Assembly: GCA_963710185.1 (NCBI GenBank)
Contig: CAVPZE010000001.1
Span: 94,831 to 158,830 of the forward strand
Direction: 5' to 3'
Source: an uncultured Alphaproteobacteria bacterium
GTDB taxonomy: Bacteria; Pseudomonadota; Alphaproteobacteria; Rhodobacterales; Rhodobacteraceae
DNA length: 64,000 nucleotides
The position numbers were made by a program, and so were the translations under genes. How positions within the stretch are numbered: position 1 is the stretch's first letter; every line of letters starts with the position of its first letter. Shown one piece after another: positions 38,196-48,741 of the stretch. Below the pieces are notes generated by a model. It saw nothing but the letters and a program-made list of their open reading frames with translations, was not told where the DNA came from and ran no database searches.

Positions 38196-39052
38196 CGGAT
38201 CAGGCTGCGCATGTCGCCGAGGAAATCGGGAAAGTCGCGGGCGGTCTGCTGCGCCTCGCGCACCAATACGTCAAAGTCCGAGGTAAAGGTTTCGATCCGT
38301 TCGCGGTCGCGGAACGCCATGTAATGGCCGCCCGTGTAAAGCACGGCAAGCAACGGGCCAAAGATCGTGACCGGCGCGGAATAGAGGCGGCGCGCGTCGA
38401 ACTGGTAGAGGCGCAGGCGCGGGTAAAGCTGACGCGACAAGGTGATCAGGTGTTCGGTTTGCGCGAGGCGGATCGCGGTCGGCAGGCCAGTGTAATATCC
38501 GGTAGCGCCGATGAAGCTGTCGATTTCACAAAGCGGCATGGCGATTTCGTATTCCGAGCGGGTGTTGCGTAGCCACTCCAGTCGGTCTTGCGAGGCATTG
38601 ATCGCCTGTTGCGTGGTGCGGCCCAGATGGGGCCCATATTCCCATTCCAGCATCGCATCGGTTTTCAACATGTCCGGCAGGGTCGCGGGGACGTGGCGAA
38701 TTTTGTATCCCAGTGCCTCGCGGTGCCAGTCAAAGATTTGCTCATCAACATGGGCACGCGGGGCATGGGACACCTCGAAGCTGTTTGACAACAGATCAGC
38801 GGCGGATTCAGGGCGGTCCGAAAGGCCGAGCAGCCAGTCGGATGAGACACCCAAAACACTGGCGCAGGCCCCGATCATATGGGCACTGGGCAGGCGGGTG
38901 CCATCGTCTTTTAGGGCTTGGGACAGGGTTGAACGGTCAGCATTGATGGCACGGGCGAGTGCGCTTTGGGTGGTGTTTGACTGGCTCATGGCGAGTGACA
39001 GCCGCGAACGGAACTGACTTGCGCGGGCCTGTTTGGTGAGTTTTTCTGACAT
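38192..39052 (-). CDS. XRE-family HTH transcriptional regulator with uncharacterised C-terminal domain
   Basis: HTH segment MSQSNTTQSALARAINADRSTLSQAL. It is divergent from the desaturase gene. Confidence 0.68.
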   Translation of the reverse strand: MSEKLTKQARASQFRSRLSLAMSQSNTTQSALARAINADRSTLSQALKDDGTRLPSAHMIGACASVLGVSSDWLLGLSDRPESAADLLSNSFEVSHAPRAHVDEQIFDWHREALGYKIRHVPATLPDMLKTDAMLEWEYGPHLGRTTQQAINASQDRLEWLRNTRSEYEIAMPLCEIDSFIGATGYYTGLPTAIRLAQTEHLITLSRQLYPRLRLYQFDARRLYSAPVTIFGPLLAVLYTGGHYMAFRDRERIETFTSDFDVLVREAQQTARDFPDFLGDMRSLIR

Positions 39053-39144
39053 ATGGTGATTATTATCACGCTTTGTCGGTTTTGTTAATCATTATCGGAA
39101 TGGTTTGAAGGGATGAAAGCACGGTATCACACACGAGTGACATT

Positions 39145-40098
39145 TTGCATACCAAGGCTTTGATGAATTCCGGACTGCACCCGACCGTGAGGTCCACCCT
39201 TAAACGCCGCATTCTTGATTGGGACTGGCCGACGCTATTTCTAATGCTCGGGTGTTTGGGCCTTTGGGGAGCAGCGGTTTTTCTGCCCAGTGACTGGGCC
39301 TTGCCCGGCTTTGTGATGCTGGTCTTTGCCCTGACATTGCATTCGTCGCTGAGCCACGAGATTTTGCACGGCCATCCATTCCGGTCCGAGCCTGCTACAA
39401 CCGCGCTGGGCCTGATCCAGCCGGGGTTGTTTGTGCCGTATCTTCGGTTCAAACGCCTGCATCTTGCACACCATATGGATGCGAACCTGACCGATCCTTA
39501 TGATGATCCCGAGACCAATTACCTGGACCCGAAGGTGTGGAACGGCTTGCCGCGCAGGATGCAGATGGTGCTGGGCGCGAACAACACGCTTTTGGGGCGG
39601 ATCGTGATCGGGCCGCTGATTGGCATGGCGGGGTTTATCCGGAGCGATTTGCGGCTGATCATCTCGGGCGACCGCCAGGTGCTGCTCGACTGGCTGGCGC
39701 ATCTGCCAGGTGTGGTATTGATTTTATGGGTTGTTTCGCTGTCGCCAATGCCGCTCTGGGTCTATCTGGTCGCGTGTTACTGCGCCCTGTCGATCCTGAA
39801 AATCCGCACGTTTCTGGAGCACCAAGCGCACGACCGCGCATCGGGCCGCAGTGCCATTGTCGAGGGTCGCGGCGTGCTGGCGTTCTTGTTTCTCAACAAC
39901 AACCTGCATGTGGTTCATCACATGCATCCCACGGTGTCATGGTATCATCTGCCCGCGCTCTACCAAGCGCATAAGGCGCGGTATCTGCGCCGCAACCATG
40001 GCTATATGTACCGGTCTTACGGTCAGGTATTCGCGCAATTTTTGTGGCGGCGCAAAGATCCGGTGGCACATCCGCTCTGGCAGGCGCGCAAAGAATAG
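39145..40098 (+). CDS. Membrane fatty-acid desaturase family protein
   Basis: Three His boxes: HEILHGH, HLAHHMD, HVVHHMH. Confidence 0.85.
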   Translation: MHTKALMNSGLHPTVRSTLKRRILDWDWPTLFLMLGCLGLWGAAVFLPSDWALPGFVMLVFALTLHSSLSHEILHGHPFRSEPATTALGLIQPGLFVPYLRFKRLHLAHHMDANLTDPYDDPETNYLDPKVWNGLPRRMQMVLGANNTLLGRIVIGPLIGMAGFIRSDLRLIISGDRQVLLDWLAHLPGVVLILWVVSLSPMPLWVYLVACYCALSILKIRTFLEHQAHDRASGRSAIVEGRGVLAFLFLNNNLHVVHHMHPTVSWYHLPALYQAHKARYLRRNHGYMYRSYGQVFAQFLWRRKDPVAHPLWQARKE

Positions 40099-40113
40099 GC
40101 GTATGCACGGGAT

Positions 40114-41031
40114 ATGAATATCCCGATGCCTGATCTGTGGATCATTGTCACAATTGCTGCTGCCGTGTTCCAGACGGGCCGGTTCATGCTGCAAAAGCAT
40201 TTGGCGACAGCAACCTTGTCGGCGGGCGGGGCGACGTTTTCGCGGTTCTTGTATTCCGCGCCATTCATTCTGGCGCTGCTGGCGGGCTATCTGAGCGCGA
40301 CGGGCAAACCGATGCCTGCGTTGTCGCCATCGTTCTGGGTGTACGGGCTTTTCGGGGCCACCGCACAGATTATGGCGACCGTCTGTGTGGTGCTGTTGTT
40401 TAAGGAACGCAACTTTGCGGTGGGGATTACCTTCAAAAAAACCGAAGTGATCCAGACGGTTCTGATGGGCTGGATTGTGCTGGGCGAGGGGGTCACACCG
40501 CTGGGCTTTGCCGCGATTGCGCTGGGGATTGTGGGGCTGTTGCTGCTGTCGGGCGGCGCTGATGCACAGGGCTGGCACATTGGGCATATCAACAAGCGGG
40601 CGGCGGGATTGGGCATTGCGTCGGGTTTTCTGTTCTCGATTTCGGCAGTGACGTACCGCGGTGCGAGCCTGACGGTGATGGAGGATGATCCGGTCTTGCG
40701 GGCGACTGTGACGCTTGCCGCCGTGGTGCTGATGCAGACGCTGATCATGGTGGCTTGGTTGCGGCTGCGTGAGCCGGGTCAGATGCGCGCCGTATGGGCT
40801 GCGCGGCGGGTGGCGGTGTGGATCGGGCTGACGTCAATGGGCGGCAGCCTGTGCTGGTTCATTGCATTCACCTTGCAGAACGCGGCTTATGTCAAAGCAC
40901 TGGGGCAGGTGGAGTTGATCCTGAGCGTTGCGGCATCCACCCTGTTTTTCCGCGAGAAGATCACGGGGCGCGAGTGGGCGGGCATGACGGTGCTGGTGGC
41001 GTCGATCCTGATGCTGGTTGTGGTGATCTAG
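40114..41031 (+). CDS. EamA/DMT-family transporter
   Basis: 305 aa, 10 hydrophobic helices in two EamA-like halves. Confidence 0.78.
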   Translation: MNIPMPDLWIIVTIAAAVFQTGRFMLQKHLATATLSAGGATFSRFLYSAPFILALLAGYLSATGKPMPALSPSFWVYGLFGATAQIMATVCVVLLFKERNFAVGITFKKTEVIQTVLMGWIVLGEGVTPLGFAAIALGIVGLLLLSGGADAQGWHIGHINKRAAGLGIASGFLFSISAVTYRGASLTVMEDDPVLRATVTLAAVVLMQTLIMVAWLRLREPGQMRAVWAARRVAVWIGLTSMGGSLCWFIAFTLQNAAYVKALGQVELILSVAASTLFFREKITGREWAGMTVLVASILMLVVVI

Positions 41032-41034
41032 CGC

Positions 41035-42516
41035 CTAGCCCGCGACAGAATTCAGCACCCAGAATACAATCGCCGACATGGTCGCGGCAGCGGGCACGGT
41101 GATCACCCACGCAGCAACGATGGTCATGAAATGCGAACGGCGCACCAGTTTGCGGCGGCGGCGTTCTTCGGGGGCGATGCGTTTGACTTCGCTGGCTTGC
41201 ACATCGGGGCGGCGCAACCGGCGTTCCATGTGCCATTCGCGGTAGAACCCGACGCCAAAGATGCCGCCCACAGCGATGTGGGTGGAACTGACAGGCAGGC
41301 CCAGCCAGCTTGCGATGATCACGGTGATTGCCGCCGACAGGGCCACGCAATAGGCGCGCATCGGATTGAGTTTGGTGATCTGGCTGCCGACCATGCGGAT
41401 CAGTTTGGGGCCGAACAGGAACAGCCCGAACGAGATACCGAATGCGCCGATGACCATGACCCAAAGCGGGATGACAACCTTGGCCCCGGACACACCAAAT
41501 TCGGTTGCGTGCACGATTGCGGCCAGCGGCCCGACGGCGTTCGCCACATCATTCGCCCCGTGCGCAAAGCTGAGCAGGGCGGCAGAGAATACCAGTGGCA
41601 GGCCGAACAGGACTTTGACCGATTTGTTGCGATTTTCCATGCCTTGCGATTTGCGCCGGACCAGCGGGGCGGAGCCGGCATAGGCAACGGCCCCGACACC
41701 GACGCCCACCATAAGTGCGACAGGCATTGTGATGTCGAGGACTTTGTTCAGACCCTTGAGCGCCAGATAGGTCGCGAATACGCCCGCCATGATGCCGACC
41801 AGCACCGGAACCCATGTGCGGGCAGCGGCGATTTTATCGTCCTGATAGGTGATGCGCGCCTTGATGAAGGCAAGAAACAGCGCGGCCACAGCCCCGCCCA
41901 TCACAGGCGAAATCACCCAGCTTGCCGCGATCAGGCTCATCGAGGACCAGTTCACAGCCCCCAGCCCCGCCGCCGCGATGCCCGCACCCATCACACCGCC
42001 GACAACCGAATGGGTGGTGGACACAGGCGCGCCAACCCATGTGGCAAGGTTGACCCACATGGCCGACGATATCAGTGCCGCCATCATCGCCCAGATGAAC
42101 ACCTGGGTATCGGCAATCGCCGCCGGATCAATGATGCCCTTCGAGATGGTCGAAACCACATCGCCGCCCGCCAGCAGCGCGCCTGCGGTTTCGCAAAGTG
42201 CAGCAATCACAATCGCGCCGCCCATGGTCAGGGCATTGGCCCCGACGGCAGGCCCCATGTTGTTGGCAACGTCATTGGCCCCGATGTTCACAGCCATGTA
42301 CGCCCCGAAAATCGCGGCTACGACCACAACAAAGCTGACAGGTTGCTGGCCAAAGAACACGGCAGCCATGACACCCGCGACCACGATAAACGCCAGTGCC
42401 AGACCCAGACCCACCATCGGGCGCGCGACATAGGCCGCAGCATGTTCCACCTGAGAGATGCGGTTCAGGTCGGTGTCCAGCGTTTTCCACTGGCTGCCTT
42501 GCGGTTGATTGGCCAT
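41035..42516 (-). CDS. Inorganic phosphate transporter, PiT family
   Basis: Start at ATG 42516 (SD aggggg). The duplicated GANDVAN signature is present (IGANDVANNMGP and HGANDVANAVGP). Confidence 0.9.
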   Translation of the reverse strand: MANQPQGSQWKTLDTDLNRISQVEHAAAYVARPMVGLGLALAFIVVAGVMAAVFFGQQPVSFVVVVAAIFGAYMAVNIGANDVANNMGPAVGANALTMGGAIVIAALCETAGALLAGGDVVSTISKGIIDPAAIADTQVFIWAMMAALISSAMWVNLATWVGAPVSTTHSVVGGVMGAGIAAAGLGAVNWSSMSLIAASWVISPVMGGAVAALFLAFIKARITYQDDKIAAARTWVPVLVGIMAGVFATYLALKGLNKVLDITMPVALMVGVGVGAVAYAGSAPLVRRKSQGMENRNKSVKVLFGLPLVFSAALLSFAHGANDVANAVGPLAAIVHATEFGVSGAKVVIPLWVMVIGAFGISFGLFLFGPKLIRMVGSQITKLNPMRAYCVALSAAITVIIASWLGLPVSSTHIAVGGIFGVGFYREWHMERRLRRPDVQASEVKRIAPEERRRRKLVRRSHFMTIVAAWVITVPAAATMSAIVFWVLNSVAG

Positions 42517-42632
42517 GCGGTATTGCCCCCTGTGGAAACAGATTGGTTTTGGAGGGGGTGACATAGACCTGTAGGCCGCGCAAGCGCGTGATCACCAGGT
42601 TGTCATAAATCTGTTACAAATGGGTGACGGCC

Positions 42633-43091
42633 CTAAAGCGCGCGCAGGATTGCCTTGAGGTCAGGCTCGTCCACCAGATCAGCGGCGTCTTGCGGGGCGA
42701 ACCACGCGCGTTTACGCTCGTTTGCTTCGGGGTATTCTTCGCGCAGGTCGCGCACGCGGGTCAGATAGACGCGCGCCTCGACGGGCACGGTCAAACCGTC
42801 CCCCAAGCCTTTGTCATATCCATAAAGTCCGACGGGCTCGCTTTCGATATCGGCCTGTTTCACACCGGCTTCTTCCCAGGCTTCCTGCAAGGCGGCACCG
42901 GGGCCGTCAAGGCCGTCAATCGGCCAGCCTTTTGGCACGATCCAGCGTCCGGTGTCGCGGCTGGTGATCAACAGCACGCGTTTGCCTTCGTCCGTGTCGC
43001 GAAAGCACAGGGCTGCGACCTGCACCCGTTTGGGGCGGCGCAAGATTGGCATGAACATATCTGTCCATGCGCGTTTGAAGACGTGCATCAT
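42633..43091 (-). CDS. NUDIX hydrolase
   Basis: Nudix box GWPIDGLDGPGAALQEAWEEAGV. Confidence 0.85.
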   Translation of the reverse strand: MMHVFKRAWTDMFMPILRRPKRVQVAALCFRDTDEGKRVLLITSRDTGRWIVPKGWPIDGLDGPGAALQEAWEEAGVKQADIESEPVGLYGYDKGLGDGLTVPVEARVYLTRVRDLREEYPEANERKRAWFAPQDAADLVDEPDLKAILRAL

Positions 43092-43275
43092 ATTCTTGAT
43101 CCAGTTTGCCTCGGTCCGGTTGTTCCGGACATTTGTCTATTCTTGCGGTCGTTTATTATTCTTAACGCCTGTGTATAACTTATTTTTTAATCAATTTCAA
43201 TTGTCTATGGGGGACTTGCGCCCAAGGGGCGGTCGTATCACTCTTGATCAGGCAGGATCAGGGACAGGATTTGAT

Positions 43276-44724
43276 ATGACCAAAGCGAAAAGCGGCGCAG
43301 ATATCGGTGTGTACGGGCTGGGCACGATGGGGTCGGCACTGGCCCTGAACTTTGCCGATCATGGGTTTGATGTCGCGGTGTGCAACCGCGAGGCCGATTG
43401 GGTGGATGCATTTATAAACGAGGCGGGGACGCTTGGGGCAAAGCTGACCGGCACGCAGACGCTTGAGGAATTCGTCGCAGCAATCGCACGGCCGCGCAGT
43501 ATTTTGTTCATGATCCCGTCGGGCGCACCCATGGACGCGATGATCGAGGCGATCACGCCGCTGCTGGACGCGGGTGATACCCTGATCGACGGCGGCAATG
43601 CCGATTTCAACGACACGCGCCGCAGGTCCGAGGCAATCGTGGGCACAGGCCTGCATTTTGTTGGCATGGGTGTGTCGGGCGGCGAAGAAGGCGCGCGGCA
43701 CGGGCCGTCGATGATGGTCGGCGGGACCGAACATTCATGGGCCAACCTGCGTCCCTTGCTCGAGGCGATTGCCGCGAAGTACGAGGGCGATCCGTGCGTC
43801 GCACATCTGGGGCCGGATGGCGCGGGGCATTTTGTAAAGACGGTGCATAACGGAATTGAATATGCCGATATGCAAATGATATCAGAAGTTTATGGGATGC
43901 TGCGCGATGCCGGCGGGCAGGGCGCATACGAGATAGGCGCGCTGTTCGAGCGTTGGCAGAGCGGGCCGCTGGCGTCCTATCTGATCGAGGTTTCAGCCGC
44001 TGCACTGCAATCGACCGACAGCAAAACCGGCCAGCCGATGGTCGATGTGATCCGCGATCAGGCGGGGCAGAAAGGCACGGGGCGCTGGACCTTGATCGAG
44101 GCGCTCAAGATGGGCATGTCGGCAAGTGCGATCGAGGCGGCGGTGGGCGCGCGCGGCTGGTCGTCGCAAAAAGACATCCGTGTGTTGGCCGAGCCGTTGT
44201 TGCCGGCGGGGGTGCAGGATGTGGATATGCCTGGCGACGATGATCTGGAAATGGCGCTGTTGGCCGGCCGTATTCTGGCCCATGCGCAAGGGTTTCGGGT
44301 GCTGTGGGCAGCAGCCGAGGAGTTCAAATGGGATCTGGACATGGCGCGGATATCGGAGATCTGGCGCGCGGGATGTATCATACGGTCTGCCCTGTTGGAT
44401 GAATTTGCAGAAGCGTTTCGCAGCGAATTGCCTGCCGGTCATCTGATCCTTGCACCGGCAATGCGTGCGCGGCTTGACGATAGCATCGGCCCCTTGCGCC
44501 GTGTGGTTGCAGCGGGCGTATCGCTGGGCACGGCGATCCCTGCGCTATCGGCATCATTGGCGTGGTACGACACCATGCGGCGCGGGCGCGGGACCGCGAA
44601 CCTGATACAGGCACAGCGCGATTTCTTTGGCGCGCACGGGTTTGACAGGGTCGAGGAGACGGGCAAGTTTCACGGCGACTGGAACCCGCTTGCGAGCGTT
44701 TATGAGAACGGATCGACTTCGTAA
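43276..44724 (+). CDS. gnd: 6-phosphogluconate dehydrogenase (decarboxylating)
   Basis: Start at ATG 43276. [43 protein letters not shown]. Confidence 0.9.
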   Translation: MTKAKSGADIGVYGLGTMGSALALNFADHGFDVAVCNREADWVDAFINEAGTLGAKLTGTQTLEEFVAAIARPRSILFMIPSGAPMDAMIEAITPLLDAGDTLIDGGNADFNDTRRRSEAIVGTGLHFVGMGVSGGEEGARHGPSMMVGGTEHSWANLRPLLEAIAAKYEGDPCVAHLGPDGAGHFVKTVHNGIEYADMQMISEVYGMLRDAGGQGAYEIGALFERWQSGPLASYLIEVSAAALQSTDSKTGQPMVDVIRDQAGQKGTGRWTLIEALKMGMSASAIEAAVGARGWSSQKDIRVLAEPLLPAGVQDVDMPGDDDLEMALLAGRILAHAQGFRVLWAAAEEFKWDLDMARISEIWRAGCIIRSALLDEFAEAFRSELPAGHLILAPAMRARLDDSIGPLRRVVAAGVSLGTAIPALSASLAWYDTMRRGRGTANLIQAQRDFFGAHGFDRVEETGKFHGDWNPLASVYENGSTS

Positions 44725-45467
44725 TTTACGCCCGCCAGATACAGACCATGCGGTGGGCTGACAGTGCCACAGGCGGCGCGGTCGCGGGCATCCAACGCGG
44801 TTTGCACATCTGCGGGTGTCCATGATCCTGATCCGACCTGTTCCAGCGTGCCCACGAAACTGCGCACCTGGTTGTGCAGGAATGACCGCGCGCGGACGTG
44901 AAAATGCACTTCGGGCCCTGCATCGGTTTCAACCTCTTCGATGCGCAGCTCATCAAGGGTTTTCACCGGGCTGGGCGACTGGCAAATGGTTGAGCGGAAC
45001 GTGGTAAAGTCGTGCTGGCCGATCAGGATGTCGGCCCCGGCCCGCATCGCGGCGACATCAAGATCGTGCCGGACCTGCCAGACCAGTCCGGCTTGATGGG
45101 TTGCAGGGGGGCGGCGGCACAGGATGCGAAACAGATACTCACGCTCAAGCGCCCAGAACCGTGCGTGGAAATCGCCAGGCACTTTTGCGCAGGCAATGAT
45201 GGCGATGGGATGCGGTTTGAGGTGGTAATTCAACGCCTCCCAAAGACGAAATTCCTCCCAATCGCGCGTCATGTCGCAATGTGCGACTTGCGCCAAGCCG
45301 TGCACGCCTTTGTCGGTGCGCCCGGCGGCGGCAATTTCGTGCGTGCGAGGTTCGAGTTTCGCAAGCGCATCCTCGATCGCGCCCTGCACCGACGGCAGCG
45401 ATGTCTGGCGCTGCCACCCCACATAAGGGGCACCGTTATATTCGACTTTCAGGGCATATCTGGGCAT
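44700..45467 (-). CDS. truA: tRNA pseudouridine(38-40) synthase
   Basis: [21 protein letters not shown]…[10 protein letters not shown] catalytic Asp motif. Confidence 0.92.
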   Translation of the reverse strand: MPRYALKVEYNGAPYVGWQRQTSLPSVQGAIEDALAKLEPRTHEIAAAGRTDKGVHGLAQVAHCDMTRDWEEFRLWEALNYHLKPHPIAIIACAKVPGDFHARFWALEREYLFRILCRRPPATHQAGLVWQVRHDLDVAAMRAGADILIGQHDFTTFRSTICQSPSPVKTLDELRIEEVETDAGPEVHFHVRARSFLHNQVRSFVGTLEQVGSGSWTPADVQTALDARDRAACGTVSPPHGLYLAGVNYEVDPFS

Positions 45468-45557
45468 ATGCAGCGTCTAGCGGGGCGGCCTCTGTCTGGC
45501 AATCCCTGTGCCGTGCCCTTATGTTACTCAAAGGTTCATTTTGAGGCAGGTGCAGTT

Positions 45558-46973
45558 TTGGTTATCTCGCGTATTGCCGATGGCATCTGGCGACAGGTTG
45601 AGGCGGTGCAGGACACCCTGTCGGAGACATTCTTTGAACCTGTGATCAGGCTGGGTGTGACGGGTCTTGCGCGGTCGGGCAAGACGGTTTTCATTACATC
45701 GCTGGTGGCGAACCTGCTGGATCGCGGGCGGATGCCGGGGCTGTTGGCCGCGAATGAAGGCCGCATTGAAGCGGCGTTTTTGCAGCCGCAGCCGGACGAT
45801 ACAATTCCAAGGTTTGATTACGAGGCGCATCTTGGGGCGCTCACGGGCAAAACGCCGCATTGGCCTGATAGCACGCGGGCGATATCGGAGCTGCGGCTGT
45901 CGCTCAAGGTGCGGCCAAGCGGGTTGCTCGCGGGGTTTCAGGGGCCGCGCACAATACATTTGGATATTGTCGATTACCCCGGTGAATGGCTGCTTGATCT
46001 GGCATTGATGGACATCAGCTATACCGATTGGTCGGCACAGGTGCTGGCGCGGATCGCGAATAGGGAAGAGGCGGCGGCGTACCGCGACTTGGTCAAGGCG
46101 ACGGACCCTGAGACCAAGCTGGAAGAGACCGATGCGCAGGCCTTGGCGGCCTGCTTTGCCGGGTATTTGAAAACAGCCCGCGCCAATGGCTATTCCGATT
46201 GCACACCGGGGCGGTTTTTGCTGCCCGGTGATCTGGCGGGATCGCCCGTGCTGACCTTTGCGCCTTTGCCGGGCGGCGATACCGGACCGCGCAAGTCGCT
46301 GATCCGCGAAATGGCACGGCGGTTCGAGGCGTATAAACGGCAGGTTGTTCAACCGTTTTTTCGGGATCATTTTGCGCGGATTGATCGACAGGTGGTGCTG
46401 GTCGATGCGTTGGGGGCGATCAACCAAGGGCCACGCGCGGTCGAGGATTTGCGCGCCGCGATGGGCGATATCCTGAGCGCGTTCCGGCCCGGACGAAATG
46501 GGTTTCTGAGCAATCTTTTGGGCGGCAAACGGGTCGAGAAAATCCTGTTCGCTGCGACCAAGGCTGATCATTTGCATCATGTGCAACATCCACGCCTGAC
46601 CGCGATTATGGAGGCGCTGACCCGCGAGGCCCGCGACAAGGCGCAATATGCGGGCGCAGGCACGGCGGCGATGGCGATTGCGTCACTGCGCGCCACGACC
46701 GAGGCCACGATGGAGCATGATGGCGAAACCTTGGAAGTGGTGCGCGGGACGTTGTTGGAGACCGGTAAGCAGGCCGCATTCTATCCCGGTGATCTGCCAT
46801 CGGATGCGGCGCATTTGCTGAACCCTGCCCGCAAGGGGGCCGAAAAATGGCTGGATGGCGATTATCAGGTCATGCGGTTTGCCCCAGCGCCGCTCAATCT
46901 GCGTCCCGGAGACGGGCCGCCGCATATCCGGCTGGACCGGGTGGCGGAGTTTTTGATCGGGGACCGGTTGTGA
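45558..46973 (+). CDS. ycjX: YcjX-family P-loop NTPase
   Basis: In-frame TTG at 45558 is proposed, because the longer ORF is antisense to truA. RLGVTGLARSGKTVFITSLVANLL is the YcjX Walker A region. Confidence 0.83.
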   Translation: MVISRIADGIWRQVEAVQDTLSETFFEPVIRLGVTGLARSGKTVFITSLVANLLDRGRMPGLLAANEGRIEAAFLQPQPDDTIPRFDYEAHLGALTGKTPHWPDSTRAISELRLSLKVRPSGLLAGFQGPRTIHLDIVDYPGEWLLDLALMDISYTDWSAQVLARIANREEAAAYRDLVKATDPETKLEETDAQALAACFAGYLKTARANGYSDCTPGRFLLPGDLAGSPVLTFAPLPGGDTGPRKSLIREMARRFEAYKRQVVQPFFRDHFARIDRQVVLVDALGAINQGPRAVEDLRAAMGDILSAFRPGRNGFLSNLLGGKRVEKILFAATKADHLHHVQHPRLTAIMEALTREARDKAQYAGAGTAAMAIASLRATTEATMEHDGETLEVVRGTLLETGKQAAFYPGDLPSDAAHLLNPARKGAEKWLDGDYQVMRFAPAPLNLRPGDGPPHIRLDRVAEFLIGDRL

Positions 46974-47413
46974 CAGAATTGCGCGCCGCGCGGTCGACAG
47001 ATGCGGGCAGCGTCGGCGCGATTTTGTCCGAGTTTGTGCAGACCTCGGACTGGATGCCACAGTTGCACACGGGAGCAGAGGATATCGCGCATGCGGGCGC
47101 GCTTATTGATCAGGGCTATGTGACGGTTGCGGTGCGTGAACGTGCCGTGATCGGATTTATCGCCTGTGACGGTGCCGAGATTGACGCGCTCTATGTTGCG
47201 CGGCGCGAGCGGGGCAAGGGTGTCGGGACGGCTTTGTTGGTCGAGGTTTGTGCGCAGGCCGAGAAGTTGAGCCTGTGGACGTTTCAGGCCAACACACCGG
47301 CCATCGCGTTTTACGCGCGCCACGGATTTGTCGAGATAGCGCGCACGGACGGGGCCGACAGTGATGAACAGCTGCCCGATGTGCAATTTGAATGGCAAAG
47401 GGAGGGTGCATGA
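46970..47413 (+). CDS. GNAT-family N-acetyltransferase
   Basis: GTG start overlaps the ycjX stop (GTGA). Acetyl-CoA motif RRERGKGVGTALL. Confidence 0.72.
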   Translation: MTELRAARSTDAGSVGAILSEFVQTSDWMPQLHTGAEDIAHAGALIDQGYVTVAVRERAVIGFIACDGAEIDALYVARRERGKGVGTALLVEVCAQAEKLSLWTFQANTPAIAFYARHGFVEIARTDGADSDEQLPDVQFEWQREGA

Positions 47414-48420
47414 TGGCTAAAGGTCCGATACTTTTTGATCTTGAGCAAGACAGCAAGCCGCGCCCTGCTGTGACAGAAGCGCCCCCTGTGCCGGACGTGA
47501 TGATGCCAGCCCCGCAAGGTCAGGCGATGCAGGTCGCGGCGCGCCTGGCGGCCCGCAAGCCGTCGATGCTGGGGCGATTGTTCTGGTGGTTGGCGACAGT
47601 GCTGATTGGCGCATTGGTGTCGATTGCGGCGTGGAATTTCGTGACCGGACTGATTGTCCAATATCCATTGGTCGGTTGGGCGATGACGGTACTGATCGGT
47701 GTGTTCCTGCTGGTGCTGGCGCTGATCTGCCTGCGTGAAGTTGCGGCCTTCGGGCGGTTGGCGCGGCTCGACGGGTTACGCCATGATGCAGGTCAGGCAC
47801 TGGCGCAGGGTGATCTGAACGCGGCGCGGGATGTGACGGACCGGTTGGTCGGGCTGTACAAAGGCCGCGAGGATACGCGGTGGGGACGTGACCGTTTGGC
47901 CGAATTGCGCGGCGACCAGTTGGATGCGGCGGGGTTGCTGGCGTTGGCGGAGGCGGAGTTGCTGGGCCCGCTGGATGTGGCAGCCAGCCGCGAGGTTGAA
48001 GCGGCAGCGCGGCAGGTGGCGACGGTGACGGCCTTGGTCCCGATTGCGCTTGCGGATGTGGCGGCGGCGTTGACCAGCAACTTGCGGATGATCCGGCGGA
48101 TTGCCGAAGTCTACGGCGGTCGGTCGGGGTTCTTTGGCTCGTGGCGTTTGACCCGTGCTGTGCTGTCACATTTGGTGGCGACAGGCGCGGTCGCCGTGGG
48201 TGACGATATGCTTGAGCCGATATTGGGCGGGTCGCTGTTGGGCAAGTTGAGCCGCCGGTTTGGCGAGGGCTTGGTCAATGGCGCGTTGACCGCGCGCGTG
48301 GGTGTCGCCGCGATCGAGGTGTGCAGGCCGTTGCCGTTTGCGGCGGGCAAGAGACCAAAGGTGCGTGGCATTATTCAGCGCAGTTTGGGTGGGCTGTTTG
48401 GTGGAAGTAAGGGCGGCTGA
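47410..48420 (+). CDS. ycjF: YcjF-family (DUF697/TIGR01620) membrane protein
   Basis: ATG overlaps the GNAT stop (ATGA). It has two central TM helices and the conserved C-terminal LTARVG..A...CRP motif. Confidence 0.8.
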   Translation: MMAKGPILFDLEQDSKPRPAVTEAPPVPDVMMPAPQGQAMQVAARLAARKPSMLGRLFWWLATVLIGALVSIAAWNFVTGLIVQYPLVGWAMTVLIGVFLLVLALICLREVAAFGRLARLDGLRHDAGQALAQGDLNAARDVTDRLVGLYKGREDTRWGRDRLAELRGDQLDAAGLLALAEAELLGPLDVAASREVEAAARQVATVTALVPIALADVAAALTSNLRMIRRIAEVYGGRSGFFGSWRLTRAVLSHLVATGAVAVGDDMLEPILGGSLLGKLSRRFGEGLVNGALTARVGVAAIEVCRPLPFAAGKRPKVRGIIQRSLGGLFGGSKGG

Positions 48421-48454
48421 CCACAAGGGGCGGCCAAGGCCGCGCGCGACCTTA

Positions 48455-48546
48455 TTTTGCTGATGAAGGGGCTTTGCCCCCTCAAACTCGTACCTTTTGA
48501 TGAAGGGGCTTTGCCCCCTCAAACTCCCCCGGTATTTATGAAAGGG
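48455..48546 (+). repeat. Variant REP-like element with a 40-bp-period tandem duplication
   Basis: ttttgCtgatgaaggggctttgccccctcaaactc (48455-48489) and ttttgatgaaggggctttgccccctcaaactc (48495-48526), then ccccggtatttatgaaaggg. The core ggggctttgccccc…cccccggtattta parallels copies A-C. Confidence 0.75.
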
Positions 48547-48741
48547 TGAATGGAAAGGCTTGGGGCTTGTGGGCGCTTGGGTCGCTGCTTATAAGCACGA
48601 TATGACCCGTTTTATCGCGATCATCATTCGAATTATATCCCCGGCGCTCTGATAGATTGAGACGCCGGGCATTTGGTGTTTGAGCCGCTCGCACCCCCCC
48701 GACCACCTTTCCCTGATACGACAATCCAAAGGACGCCCGCC

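Noticed and set aside
44700-44724. 25-nt convergent overlap of the gnd and truA 3' ends as a regulatory feature
   Set aside because: It is probably just compact gene packing. Both C-termini are plausible and nothing else distinguishes the site.
45012-45557. 5' extensions of listed ORFs: ycjX from 45012, gnd from 42952, rpmB from 53000, pcs to 53281, EamA from 3820, kpsE to 14953, opgH to 22563, C-N hydrolase from 54938, UDG from 17945.
   Set aside because: The extensions overlap neighbouring genes or repeats and have non-coding-like composition. The family-typical N-termini begin at internal starts, usually with an SD or a stop/start overlap.
48455-48546. Possible CRISPR array
   Set aside because: There are only two repeat units with a 5-nt spacer-like gap, no unique spacers of CRISPR length and no cas genes. 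It is a duplicated REP-like hairpin element.
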